A stretch of 52,517 bases of DNA, counting the filler, from Diploschistes diacapsis (lineage: Eukaryota), in NCBI GenBank assembly GCA_023645945.1. It is 3 parts of 3 records of this genome, joined end to end, with 100 filler letters (N's around TTAATTAATTAA, not from the genome) between each part and the next. Parts side by side here need not be neighbours in the genome. Positions count along the whole stretch, not along the records: positions 1 to 17,472 come from JALAIB010000455.1; 2 more parts are not named here. The stretch is one strand, 5' to 3'. The notes below the pieces were generated by a model. That model ran no database searches. It was not told where the DNA came from and saw only the letters and a list, made by a program, of their open reading frames with translations. A program made the translations under genes and the position numbers. Positions 1-12,367 of this stretch are shown piece by piece (the first letter of the stretch is position 1; every line of letters starts with the position of its first letter).

Positions 1-568
1 ATTTAATTTTATATAGTTTTACGTATTTCTATAAATGATATGCATTTATATATAAATTATATAAAGATTTAAGTATTTAATAGAACTACAGCGAATTAAG
101 CAGAATGCATCATTAGAACGCCACTAAATATGTTACACAATTTTATAGTAGGCAGAATAAGACATACCACGTATAGTTGGTTATAGGTAGCAGGAGGATC
201 TCCATGGTGCCGATGTTAGCGGCACCGCTGTAATTTATTGGAAAATTTCGTCATCGGCCATCTCTTAGCTTCCATCTTTCTGCGGCGGGAAAAAGGAAAG
301 GCTGCCTCGGAGTTTAAATTTCTCTATGAACAGGAAGGGAGCTGCAAAAAGAGGCCTTTGTCAAACACCTCTCTTTTATGAGGATTTTTGCGATGCCCGC
401 GACAATTTTGACCCCTAGGGAACGTCTGTGAAAGCTCCCTCCCGCCTTTGCGCGGCGACTAGGACTCGAAGCATGGCAGTTGCTGACCTAGATTTGCCTT
501 CTATCGTCTCCCCCGAGAATGGCACTACGTTCGACGTCGAAGTTTCGCGTCCACTGCAAGAAGCCCTC

Positions 569-3500
569 ATGCCACAAATTGTCTTTGGTGAGACTCGGCA
601 TCAGCAGGATGGGGGAGCCATGCCCAGGAAACCAGAAATTGCAATTGCAGTGGACCCAGTGGCCTTGGTCACGACAGAATGTATTACCGTCACATCCGCG
701 ATGAGGAAGCATGCCAGATGGGCGCAATCTTCTGTATCCGCTATTCTGGGTGGCTCCTCGTACCGAAACGGGTTCGCAGGTCCTCCAAGCCCAGCGCTTT
801 CGCGGCCTCCCAGTAGAAGGCAATCTGGCCGCCTTTCAGCCACTGATATTCATAGCACTGGTGAAGAAGACGCAATAACGAGTAGATGGGGTTTGCGCGG
901 CAAAAGGGGAAAGAGCCTACAGGACAATCCTCTCATGTTTGCGTTTGCCAGACTAAGGAACGACATCCGAGATTGTAGAGGTTTGTGGCGCATTTCTTGG
1001 GCCAGAGTGTGGCTAAATTGTTGTAGACATCAGGACATTTGATATACCATCGCTCCTTCACCCGTTCCTTCAGGTAATACGGTCTTCTTCCACATCCGCC
1101 CCGATCACGTCGCTAGCACTCATCGCCATTACCAAGTTCTTCGCATATAACCTCATCGGCAGAGAGTCTCCTCGGCTTAACCTCGGAATGCAGCTACTCT
1201 CTGCCGCTATAACACATTGTCGCTTCGAAGCTAGCGATTCTGCCGCCGACGAAATCGTTCTCCTACGGATCTTAACACTGATGGAGGGAATGCTATCTGG
1301 GCCAGGCGGCGACTTACTGGGTGACGAAAGCGTTTGCGAAATGATGGAGACAGGCTTGAGCATGTGTTGCCAGATGCGGCTCTCCGAGCTGCTCCGCAGA
1401 TCAGCGGAGATCTCCATGGTATCGATGTGCCAGGTCATTTTCGAGCGCCTCAAGCAGTTAGAGGAGGAAGCGGGTGGGAATGTCGAAATCTTAGGTTTGA
1501 TGGATGATGGAAGCGAAGAGACTGGACTTAGGATGGACGCGCCACTAGCAGGGACAAATACAGCTTCGCCGCAACCGAGTGGAGCCACCGTCTCATCAGC
1601 GACGCTTCCATCAACTGAGCTGCAGCGCTCGGAAATGTTGGTCGGCGACAGGACCGAGAGATTCTCATTTGATGGTAGGGGCACCACCTTGCCTATTGGA
1701 GCTGATCGGGAATCCGGAGCAAACGGCAAATTCGAGGTCATGCAAACCTCGCTGCCGAGCTCTACCGAAGCTTCAGATATCAAGCCATATTCTCTGCCGT
1801 CAATAAGAGAGCTTTTCCGGGTACTAGTAAACCTGTTGGATCCTCACGACCGTCAGCACACAGACACTATGCGAGTCATGGCACTTAGAATCATCGACGT
1901 TGCTCTTGAAGTTGCAGGACCGTCTATAGGCAAACATCCGACTTTGGCAACGTTGGCGAAGGACAGCCTTTGCAGAAATCTTTTTCAGCTGGTCCGATCG
2001 GATAACATGAGCGTTCTCAATGAGTCTCTTCGAGTAGCAGGAACGTTGTTAGCCACTTGCCGCTCCGTCCTGAAATTACAACAAGAATTGTTTTTGTCGT
2101 ACCTTGTTGCTTGTCTTCATCCTCGTGTCGAGATACCCCGGGAAGCAGGAATAGATCCGAGTCTCTATCAAGGTGTCCCAAAGGTTCCGAAGCTCGTTAA
2201 GCAGCCCCCTGGATCTTCCCCGGGCAGCGGGAGGTCGACGCCAATTCCTGTGAAGGACCGGCAAAATCTTGGTCTGGAAGGAGGGTCTCGTAAACCAGAT
2301 GCCAGGGAAGCGATGGTAGAAAGTATAGGAGCCTTGACGAGGATTCCTAGTTTCCTCGTCGAATTGTTCGTGAACTATGATTGCGATGTGGATCGGGGTG
2401 ATCTGTGCGAAGACTTGGTCGGTCTCCTCTCGCGGAACGCCTTCCCAGACTCAGCGACGTGGAGTACGACGAACGTGCCGCCGCTCTGTCTTGACGCGCT
2501 GCTCAGCTATGTGCAGTTCATAGCAGAGCGACTAGAAGACGAGCCAAGGACAGTCGGTTACCCCGACAGACCCAAAATTAAACAACAGCGGGCCCTTAAG
2601 AAGATCATCATCAAAGGGGCAGCCAAATTCAATGAAAGCCCAAAGGGCGGCATTGCGTATCTAGCTTCGCAAGGGGTAATCAAGAACCCTAACGACCCAG
2701 TTCAAGTTGCGCGTTTCTTGAGAGGAACTACGAGAGTATCGAAGGCAGCACTCGGCGAATACCTGTCAAAAAGGTCCCATGAGCACCTTTTAGGCGCATT
2801 CCTTGATCTGTTTGATTTCACTGGAAAGCGAGTTGATGAAGCCCTGCGAGACTTGCTGGGCGCTTTTAGGTTACCCGGAGAGTCGCCGCTAATTGAAAGA
2901 ATTGTTGTCCAATTCGCTGAGAAGTACTGTGTAAAATCGATGCCGGAAGGCATTGCAAACAACGATGCTGTCTATGTTCTAACGTACGCTATAATAATGC
3001 TTAATACCGACCAACACAATCCGAACGTCAAAGCACAGAACCGAATGACTTTCGAAGCATTTGCTAGAAATCTGCGAGGAGTTAATGGTGGCAAGGACTT
3101 TGACCAAGATTACCTGGCCGATATTTACAATTCTATCAAGAGCAACGAAATCATTCTACCGGATGAACACGACAATCAGCATGCCTTTGACTATGCCTGG
3201 AAAGAGCTTCTGGTCAAAGCTGGGTCGACCGGAGACCTCGTCAGACTGGATACAAACGTTTACGATGCGGACATGTTCGAAGCGACCTGGAAGCCAGTAG
3301 TTGCCACCCTCTCCTATGTTTTCATGTCCGCGTCCGAAGATGCAGTTTATCAGCGAGTGATTGCGGGTTTCGATCAATGTGCCCAAATCGCCGCAAAGTA
3401 TCGTCTCACGGAAGCGTTGGACCAGATTATTTATTGTCTGAGCACCATCTCAACGCTAGCGTCCGAGGGAACGCCCAATATTTCCCTGAACACAGAAGTT

Positions 3501-5680
3501 CAAGCTGGGACGAGAAGTGTCATGGTCAGCGAACTGGCTGTGAAATTCGGTCGAGACTACCGAGCCCAACTTGCTACCGTCGTTCTCTTCAAGGGTGTCA
3601 CAGCTGGTAATGAAGCTCATGTGCAAGGCGGATGGAAGCATGTGAGTAGTGCTGTTTAGAATCGAGTGCTCCTACGCTGATATTCTTCAGATTGTCCGGA
3701 TATGGCTAAACTTGTTTCTTAATTCGCTGCTGCCTGCGACCTTTGCGGAGTCCAGAAATATGCTTGAAAGCCCCCCAATTCTTATACAAACACCCTCGCA
3801 GGTGATCAACAAGGAAGAGAGAGCAAACGGAGCTGGTCTATTCTCGAGCTTCACCTCGTATCTCTCGAGCTATGCGGCCGATGATCCCCCTGAGCCTTCG
3901 GAAGAGGAACTCAATGACACATTGTGTACTTACGATTGCTTGAAGAACTGCCCATTCGAGGCCATCTTCTCCAATATGATGTAAGCGGCCATGTCACCAT
4001 ACAGGGTTTTGTGAAACTGACTGCACAGGAAAATACCGAAGGACGCTTCTCTTGCTTTGGTCCATGCACTCCTCGAGCGGGTTCCCCGAGAATCGACTCC
4101 TGTGGTGGCCGTGATCAAAGCTGAGCCTGGCTCGCCGAATCCCAGCAAGGCCAACCATCAGCAGGGAGCATCAAACTACGATCCTTCTACAATCTATCTC
4201 CTCGAGCTCGCATCGATGATAGCCATCAAGAATAAGGCCATTGGAGAAGCTGTTAGCAAAGACGTCGTTGAGGTCCTCCAAGACGTGGTGCGTAGTTCAA
4301 ATAGCTTGCATCCTTTGATCGTTTCGAGGGCTGCCTTCTGCCTACTGCATGTGCTTAATGCCAACTACGTAAGTCTTGAATCGATCTGGTGCGTGAAGAC
4401 GCTAATAGGCTTCAGGATCAATCGTTCATGCGTGCACCCGTCATTCTCCATACCATTTCGGCGCTCGATCGCAGAGTAGCCGAAAAAGCTGCCATACCAA
4501 TACTCAAGGGCTTGTCACTATGCTTGAGCGGATCAAGGTCATTGCGAAACGAGATCGTGAACATACCCGATTTCTGGTCGACTATCAGGGGCTTGCACTC
4601 AATACCAGATGCTGCAGCAGACGTGTTCGGGGTGCTCAAGAGTATCGTGGAGGACTCGCCTTCAGCAATCACTGCCGACAATTATGAAGCGGTTATTCTG
4701 CTGCTCAACGATTTTGCAACGGCAGGAAGTGCTGGTGCGATGGTGGAGCAGAAGCGGGAGAGGAATGCAAGACGGACCAAATCGGTGCGGCCTTTGGATG
4801 CGAAGTACTGAGTGCCCCTGGGATACGCGCCACCTCCCTATATTAACATGTGTCAGGGAAAACGAAACTGTCAAGCGTGGCATGAAAGCAGTCGACATGA
4901 CCGACCAGCTAAGTAGCAGAGTACCTGCGCTGATTGAGCATTCGCAACTGGAACGAAGAGAAGGTATGCTCGAAAGCTTGAGTAGTGAGGGACTTATCAC
5001 TAATGACGTGCAGCTTGGAACACGTATTGGTCGCCCATATTCCGCGCACTGAGCACGCAGTGTGTTAATCCGTGCCGGGAAATCAGACATGTCGCCTTCT
5101 CCCGGCTGCAGAGAGCACTGCTTTCCCCAGATATTGGCTCTCCTATCCATCAAGAGTGGACTGCGATATTTGGGGAAGCGTTGTTCCCGCTCATACTGCA
5201 GCTGATGAAACCCGAAGTCTATCATACGGATCCAGTAGGAATGGGTGAGACTAGGGTTCAGGCTGCCACGCTGCTATGCAGGGTCTTTCTGCATTACCAC
5301 GTTCTTTTGGCTGAGCTGGGCGGCATGCACGAACTGTGGCTTAGGATCCTCGAGATTATGGATCGGTTGATGAACAGCGGCCAGGGGGACAGCCTAGCAA
5401 GTCAAATTATTCTTTCAGCGAGACCAGATTGCTAACTCGTCGTCAGGAAGAGGCAGTGCCCGAGAGTCTCAAGAACATTTTGTTGGTCATGGCGAACGGA
5501 GGGTATCTGGTCCCTCGCTCGGAGGATCCCAGCCGGGTGCAGTTGTGGGAGGAGACGTGGAAGCGACTGGACAAATTCCTACCATGGATGTTCGCTGAGC
5601 TCTTTCCGGAGCCCAACAAGGAAGAAGCAGCGGGTGGGACGAAGACGGTTGAGAAGGAGCCAGTAGAACAGAGCAAATAG
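569..5680 (+). CDS. GEA2: GBF1/GEA1-GEA2-type large Sec7-domain ARF guanine nucleotide exchange factor, 8 exons (approx. 569-980, 1027-3641, 3691-3980, 4029-4368, 4416-4804, 4857-4963, 5014-5396, 5447-5680)
   Basis: Sec7 motifs AFRLPGESPLIERI and YAIIMLNTDQHNP, HUS-box-like VNYDCDVD, C-terminal EEAVPESLKNILLVM. Hand splicing with GT/GC..AG introns and CTRAY-like branch sites gives a continuous frame. Confidence 0.95.
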
Positions 5681-6776
5681 CGGAGGCCAGGCGAAGAAGA
5701 TCTCCGTAGTATTACATTACCGGCACTCGGCATTCCGATGGTGTCTTGTTTTGGCGCTTTTGTATATATACCCCATACATTTTTGATGCCCAAGCTGTAC
5801 ATATGGCAGGTCAGGGGCAGGCTTTCTTTCCTGGTCCCCATTCTACATCGGATTAACTCAAGCGCACTGAGTTATCTTGGGTGGGGGAATGGAGGCTCTC
5901 GGCGGTACTTTCGAGTAGCAAAAAGATGCGGGGGGTGGGCTCCAGTACCGGCTTGGCAGTTTGGCACTGTTTGAACGATAGGGGGCTTTCTTTGCATCAG
6001 AGTTGAGGAGGCGGAGAAGTGAGGAAGTCCTGGCTACAGCCCGGAAAAAAGCACGGGAGGTTTGGGGATTTACGCAGAGGATATTGGGCATGCACTGTGA
6101 GCTACTTGGGCGTGTCCTGCCAGCTTCCTTCCGAGAAGAGTCAAATCAACTATCGAGTGAGCAGAAGCTGTCTTCCGCTCTCCAGGTTCTCACATGTGAC
6201 GGTAATACGAAGGGTTGAAATGAATTCGTTGCGAGGCTTGGTTGTACCCTGCCAATATAATTTAATTAATATTCGTTAATTCGAATGGGGTTTAGCGGGG
6301 AGATTAATTCGAAAGGGGTTTAGGCCCCTGTCACTGGGTCTGGGTCCTGATCTGTGATCTATATAGAAGAATCTATCTTTGAAATGAAGCGATCTCTCAA
6401 CACGGTCAGGGCCAGACATGTATAGCTCGTTTCCTTCTGTGACAAGCACTGAACCGGTTCGCTTGGCGCGGCCATAACACTCCCAAGGCAAACTCGAGAA
6501 GCGATGTTCGTGATGCCAATCGAAGACGACGGGCCCTGCGGCCAAAACATCGTCAACTCTTCCTTTTTGCGAAGGAAATATTCAGGGACAGGGGCATCTT
6601 ACAAACCCGCTCTGTTTTCTGGTTTGTCTCTATGAGTTAAGGTTTCGCTTCTCTGAAACGCTGTCTCGTTGTGTTAGCCACACAGCTAGCTATTTAATCA
6701 GGCTCCAGAGCTCTAGGCAGGTAAGTTCTCTCGTCAACTGTTCCTTCCTCTACCTTGCCCCTTGAAAACTTCCCCA

Positions 6777-9224
6777 ATGGATCCACTCTCTGCCATCGGT
6801 CTTGCTAGCAACATTGCTCAATTTATAGGAATAGGCTACAAGGTTGCGTGCAGAGTGAGCGAGTATCACAATGCTAATCCCGATGATGTTCCCCGCTCTA
6901 TGCAGACTATCAACACGCTATTGCCACTTGTGCTCAAGTCTCTCGAGCGGATCAAGAGCGAAGCGGATGTCGAGAAGCTCGACATCGACAGCAAATGCAT
7001 GCTGAAGGCCGCCGTTGTCGGCTGTACGAAACTCTGCAAAGACATTGGGGACATACTTACAAAGGTCACCCGCACGTCGGGCGAATCAGTAATCCTCAAA
7101 GCCCGTAAAGCCATTGGCAGTCTGAAGCAAGACGAAAAGATAGCAGAAATTGGAAGGAGCTTGCAAGCCTACGTGCAGATCCTTGTTCTCTACCATGTCG
7201 TCGACTCGAAAGAAGTGCCCAGCCGTTCTCCGGACAAGGGCAAGTACAGCAACATTAGGGGCAAATTGGCCCCCGACTTTGTCCGTCAAGATAAACTTGT
7301 GAAAAAAGTCGATGCAGCGCTTGCAGGCGTCATTGCTTTCCAGGAAAAGCAACCCCAGAAAGTGATTCTCAGCGGCCCAAGCGGCGCCGGCAAGACGCAA
7401 CTCGCGCTGGATTACGGCCTGGAAGCCCACCAAGCAAGGCGTTTCCAGACTGCTTTCTGGCTTACAGCTTCGACTCCCGCAGCCCTTCGCTCCAGCCTGG
7501 AGGACGTTGCTGCCACCGTTCAGAAATCCAACCAAGGGTCCCAAGACGCAAAGATCGATTTTGTCAAAGACTTCTTGGCTGAAAGGTGGCATCCCTGGCT
7601 ACTGGTGCTGGACGGTTACGTACCTGCTCAGTTTGTAGGCGTCGATGTCTAGTCTCTGTTGCCACAGAAGGGCTGCGGTGGGATCATTCTCATTACTCGG
7701 GATGTTGTGCATGACGGCATATTGATTAAAATGAAGATATTTCCCAAGCCAGAGGGACTGAAAGCGCTCCAGAAACAGCTGGGGGCAGCCATAAGAGCCA
7801 AGAATCTTGATGAAACGATAAGATGCGTTGAGGGAGGGGCAGACATCCACGAGAAAAACTCACCAGGCAGATACTACAGGAGTCGTTTCTTACGTGAATC
7901 CGACCATTTCATTATTCAAGCTACTTTTGAGAGATTCGTCGAAGGAGTCAAGTATCTCCTCGAGGAGGGCGCGGACCCAGAGCCGGAGCAGTCCGATGGA
8001 TCGGTCATGGCCTCTGCTGCGTACCAAGGTGAGCCTGCGATCCTGCAAGCAGTTCTTGATTTCGAGGACTCCCAAGGCGCTCGCTCACAGCAGCGATCGT
8101 ACGAGAAGGCACTGGAAATTGCCGCGGACTGTGGCAGAGGGGACTGTTGCAGGATGCTGATGGAGCGGCGTGGAGCCAAACTTGGCGCGTGCTTCTACAC
8201 GCCAGACGTCTTATGGTTCAGAGCCGCGAGCAAGGGCCATATCGAAACTCTCAAGCTCCTGGAGGAATCGGGCCTTCGCCCAAAGGACGAAGACATGTGG
8301 TTCGAAACCATGAAGCAAGCGATCTGGGGCGAAAAGACCGAGTGTGCTAGAAGCATCACGAGCCTTCAGCCCCAACAGGCCAAGGCGAATGCTCACCGCG
8401 CGTTCGCCATGGCAGTTGATTACAACCGGATCGAAATTGTTCAGATGTTGCTCGATGCTGGCTGCGACCCGAACCTGCCAGACGACAATGGCAACATGGC
8501 GGTGCTGGCGGCTATCAAACAAGACAATCAGGAGATGATGCGTCTGTTGCTTCATCACGGTGCTCTGCCTGTCTCTTCGGGCAATGACGGCGATATCCAA
8601 TACATCCGCGGCGGCAGGGCCCATTCTTCCAAGGCAGCCATGATGATGCTGGAATCCATGACGTCCGAGACGCCGAAAGCAAGAGAGTTTCTGCTTATGA
8701 TGGTCGCGAAGTCCATCAAAGATGGCGGCTGGGAGATGGCCCTCGCCACCATCGTCGCTGCCGAGCGTCTCGGCCACAAGGAAGCCGTGCTTGGTTGCGT
8801 CCTCGTCGACGGATGCACCCCTCTAGCTAGGTCTATCGACTACGGCGACATGCAGTTCACGCGCTTCTTCATCAAGCAAGGCTCCGACCTCGACGTACGC
8901 AAAACGAGCAACGGCGACAGCATCATGCACATGGCCGTACGCGTCAACAGCGCCGGGATCGTGCAGATGCTGCTGGAGAAGACACAGGACAAGTTCGCCG
9001 GCGCCGAAAACAAGTACGGCAACACCCCGCTGCACCTGGCCGCGTCGGGAAACTACGTCAAGATCATGCGGCTGCTGCTCATGCACGGCGCGGACCCAGC
9101 GGCGGAGAACAACTTCGGCGTAACGCCACGCGACATGGCGCTCGAGAAGGGCAGCGATGCGCTCGAGGAGTTGCTAGTGGAGAAGGAGAGCACGTGGAGC
9201 TTGCCCACAAAAAGCAAATGCTGA
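6777..9224 (+). pseudogene. Fungal NLR-like gene: SesA-like N-terminal helical domain + NB-ARC-type P-loop NTPase + ankyrin repeats, interrupted by one in-frame TAG at 7650-7652
   Basis: N-terminus MDPLSAIGLASNIAQFI...LPLVLKSLERIK; Walker A GPSGAGKTQLA; Walker B WLLVLDG; same frame resumes after TAG with SLLPQKGCGGIILITRD; ankyrin motifs such as GNTPLHLAASGNYVKIMRLLLMHGAD. ORFs 6762..7652 and 7659..9224 are in the same frame. Confidence 0.8.
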
Positions 9225-11566
9225 GGGCAAAGATTTCGGATTTTTATTAATTAAACTCTTTCAGTCGGTTGCAGAGTCACGATCTATTTTAATTGTACGT
9301 TATCTGCAGCACGTCAAACATGTCGTTTTGGAGTTTTCATTGTTATTTGCAAGTGCCAGCCAGTGTCGACAACGCTACCGTTCCATTCGCACGGGCTCCT
9401 GCTAGCGAATCCTCTTGTAGGAATCTTCAGGATAATTCGCGTGTCACCTGGTGCAGGATTCCAGTCCGTCATCATGAATAGGCAGCCCTGTCCTGAGCCC
9501 CAATCTTTCCTCCAGCGCGGAGCGCGAGGTTGTTAAACAGAGACGAATCCAACGGCTTCTTGAATTTTCGGTGGAATGAAATTTTAGATCGATTTTCGAG
9601 TTTCGAAAGAAATGCAGTCCAACGTCACCCGCCATATCATCGGTGCCGGTCGCCAGCACTCCATGCATCCCTTCTCTAGTACATAGTCCCCAATCCCCAG
9701 TAGTCCAACCCCTCCCGCTCGTGCAATTCGTCCCACTCCTATCGCGAGTATTTGAGCTGTCCTCAAATGGGTCCTGGGCATACATCATCACATCCATCTC
9801 CTCGTCATACCAGAATAGTCCCTCTCCCAAAGCGCCGCCGCCCACTCCTCGGACCCAGCACCCGCCCCCAAACTCTGCTCAAGTTTCTGCGCAGCATTCG
9901 TGGCGCGCGTTTTCCCCGCCGCCGCCCTGTTCTCGATCTTGTCATCGCCCTCCCTGCCGCCCTTGGGTCCTCCGTCTTTCTTTCTTCGGGACCTGCTCGT
10001 CGAAGGCCTGGCCCGGCTTGCCGAACTTCTTGCGCGCACCGGGCGTGTCGTGCGTATGGGTCTGGACGATTTTCTTTGTTCTCGCCCTTGCTCTTGGCGA
10101 GTCGGTTTTTTGCCCCCCCCGGGTTTGTTCGCTTCGGGGCTGCTCTTGGGATGCTGACTGCTCTTGGGAGGCTCGGGGCCAATGCGGCCTCCCGTCTGGA
10201 ATACTAACCGAGGGTTGCGGTCCTGCATTTGGGATTTGGTGGGCTCGCCGGCCTTGGAAAAAGGCGCATTGGCAGCCTTGGTCATCGGTGAGGAGGCTGG
10301 GGGGAGCTCATCTTGGAGCAGGTGCACTATCCGTTGCCGATGCTGTACAGGCCGTTGGCGTAGTTGAGTTGGAAGTATCCTTCGTCAATCTGAAGATTGC
10401 TGTGAGCTTTGTCCGCCGGTATCGAAATGATTTGACTTACGCAAGAGTCCATGATTGTTCAACGTAAGGACACAGTCCAGGAGATTGACATCGATACACT
10501 AGCCGCCGCTTGGTACCCTGTAATCGTTACTCAGCTGATACACGCCGAGGTACTCGCAGTAGTTGTCCATAATCGTGGACACGACGCTCGTGGTGGTGGA
10601 AGTTGTCTACGTAACCGGCCGGGGAAACAAGCACAGCCATCAAACGGTGAGACGTCGGAAGCTTCATTTAGCCGGACTGCTTACTACGCATCTAGCAAAT
10701 AGCTTTCGCTGGCACCAGAGCCTAAGCTCTATTTGGGTTGGCGGATGCTGACTCAATTGTCAGCATGTTGTCATGAAGGCTAACCTAAATAGGCTTTGTC
10801 ATAAGCCCACGCCAGGGTCATAGTCTGAGGTACTGACGCAAGAAACTTCGCATTTTTTCTAAATTTTTGCAGATTTTCAGCATTCTTCGATGATTTTCAT
10901 CTCGAAGACAGTGATATTATCATCATCTCTTCGCGCATATAAAAATGTATATATGGAAGATGATACATCCGATTCTTTAGCTCTGACAATAGGTTGTATA
11001 TGCAGAATCTATTGTTCATGTTGTTATATCGCGATGAATCGACGGCGACTCGATTTTTGCCAAGTGCCTTCCTTCTCACGCCTCGTAGTGTAGCTTGCTT
11101 CGCTATGAGAGGTCTTGCACCTTCGGTCCGGATATCGAAACTCAAATAAGTCCCGATGCTTAGCTCCCCGACGAAAGCTCGCCATCTAATGAAGCCATGC
11201 TTGCAGCCCTTGTCAATCTGTAGACTCTTCATCCCGGTATCGGAAACGTAACTCCACTTGAGATCAAAGGATGGGGCGTCGGCGACTCGGTCCATGCCCA
11301 CGACTTCCTCCGGGGCATCCTGCTTCGTACTCTTCAATCCAGATTTCCTCTCCCCATTCTCTCCCCCATCCCCATCCCCATCGCCACGTCCAACCTCGTT
11401 CTCGCCTTCAACGGTCTACTTGATCAGACAAACTAACCTATTTGGGTTAATAATCTGACACTGAGCAAATCACCATGCAAACATTCAAAAAGCCCAATCT
11501 CAATCTCAATCTCAATCTCGGCCCATGTGGGTCTATATTCCAAAGCTGATAGTTCTTCTAGTCCGA

Positions 11567-11629
11567 CAAAAAGAAGAAAAGAAGAACAAAAGAAAAAAAA
11601 GAAAAAAAGAAAAAAAAAAGGAAGAAGAG
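11567..11629. repeat. Poly(A)/A-rich purine tract, preceded by a (TCAATC)n run at about 11496-11519, upstream of the LOV gene
   Basis: Read directly from the sequence. Confidence 0.7.
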
Positions 11630-12367
11630 TTCAGGTGGTGGTGATCTTCTCTTTGACTTTGCAACGGCAACTTGCCGACTCCTGTGCGAAGTTGTTGTCA
11701 CTTATTGTTCGTGGTACATACCTAGTACCTAGTACAAAGTGCAATTAGAGCTGAGATGCTACACGTACTACTTCACGTTGTATGAAGCAAAGCATATACT
11801 ATTCGATCGCTGCAATCTGCTGCTAAGGTAGACTAACCTTGCTATACTACCTACTAACCATCCATCTGCGCACAAAGTACGACTGCAAGCCACACGGCCT
11901 ACCAAACCAATATCCAATCCAATCTGAGCAGTCGATGGCCCAGCGTCTTCATGCTCCGTATCTCCTGTGCTTTTCACTTCCCTTGACTACTAGTAGTCGC
12001 GAGTCGCAACTGCCTTCCATCCGTCAATATGGAAACGACGCTGCTTTCTCTCTTCCGATCGCTGCCTGTCTCAATCCGGCAGGGAGCTCTTGATTCATGC
12101 CTTTTCCTTTTCCTGTTCTTCTCTCTGAATCCACCACTGCAATCGCCCTTGACTAAAGACTAAAGCCGTGCCGATTGGACCTGTTTGGGCTGCCCTCCCT
12201 TGCAGTGCCCAATGCTTGCCAATAGTCTGCCTCTTTCACCTGTCCATCGAGACGCCATTTCCCACTCACCCGCACGCCCGCGATGCCCTTGCGTAGGACT
12301 GCGGAACCGGGTCTTGCGTTTGTGTTTCTGCTCTCTTAAATGACCCCGTTCCACTTCCGCTCACTAC

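Noticed and set aside
206..226. GGTGCCG...CGGCACC 7-bp hairpin upstream of the ARF-GEF gene
   Set aside because: Short enough to arise by chance; no supporting context.
7620..7652. 33-nt GT..AG intron that would remove the NLR stop codon
   Set aside because: Shorter than typical ascomycete introns, weak donor and branch site, and it would delete the spacer between Walker B and the next motif; not fully excluded without RNA data.
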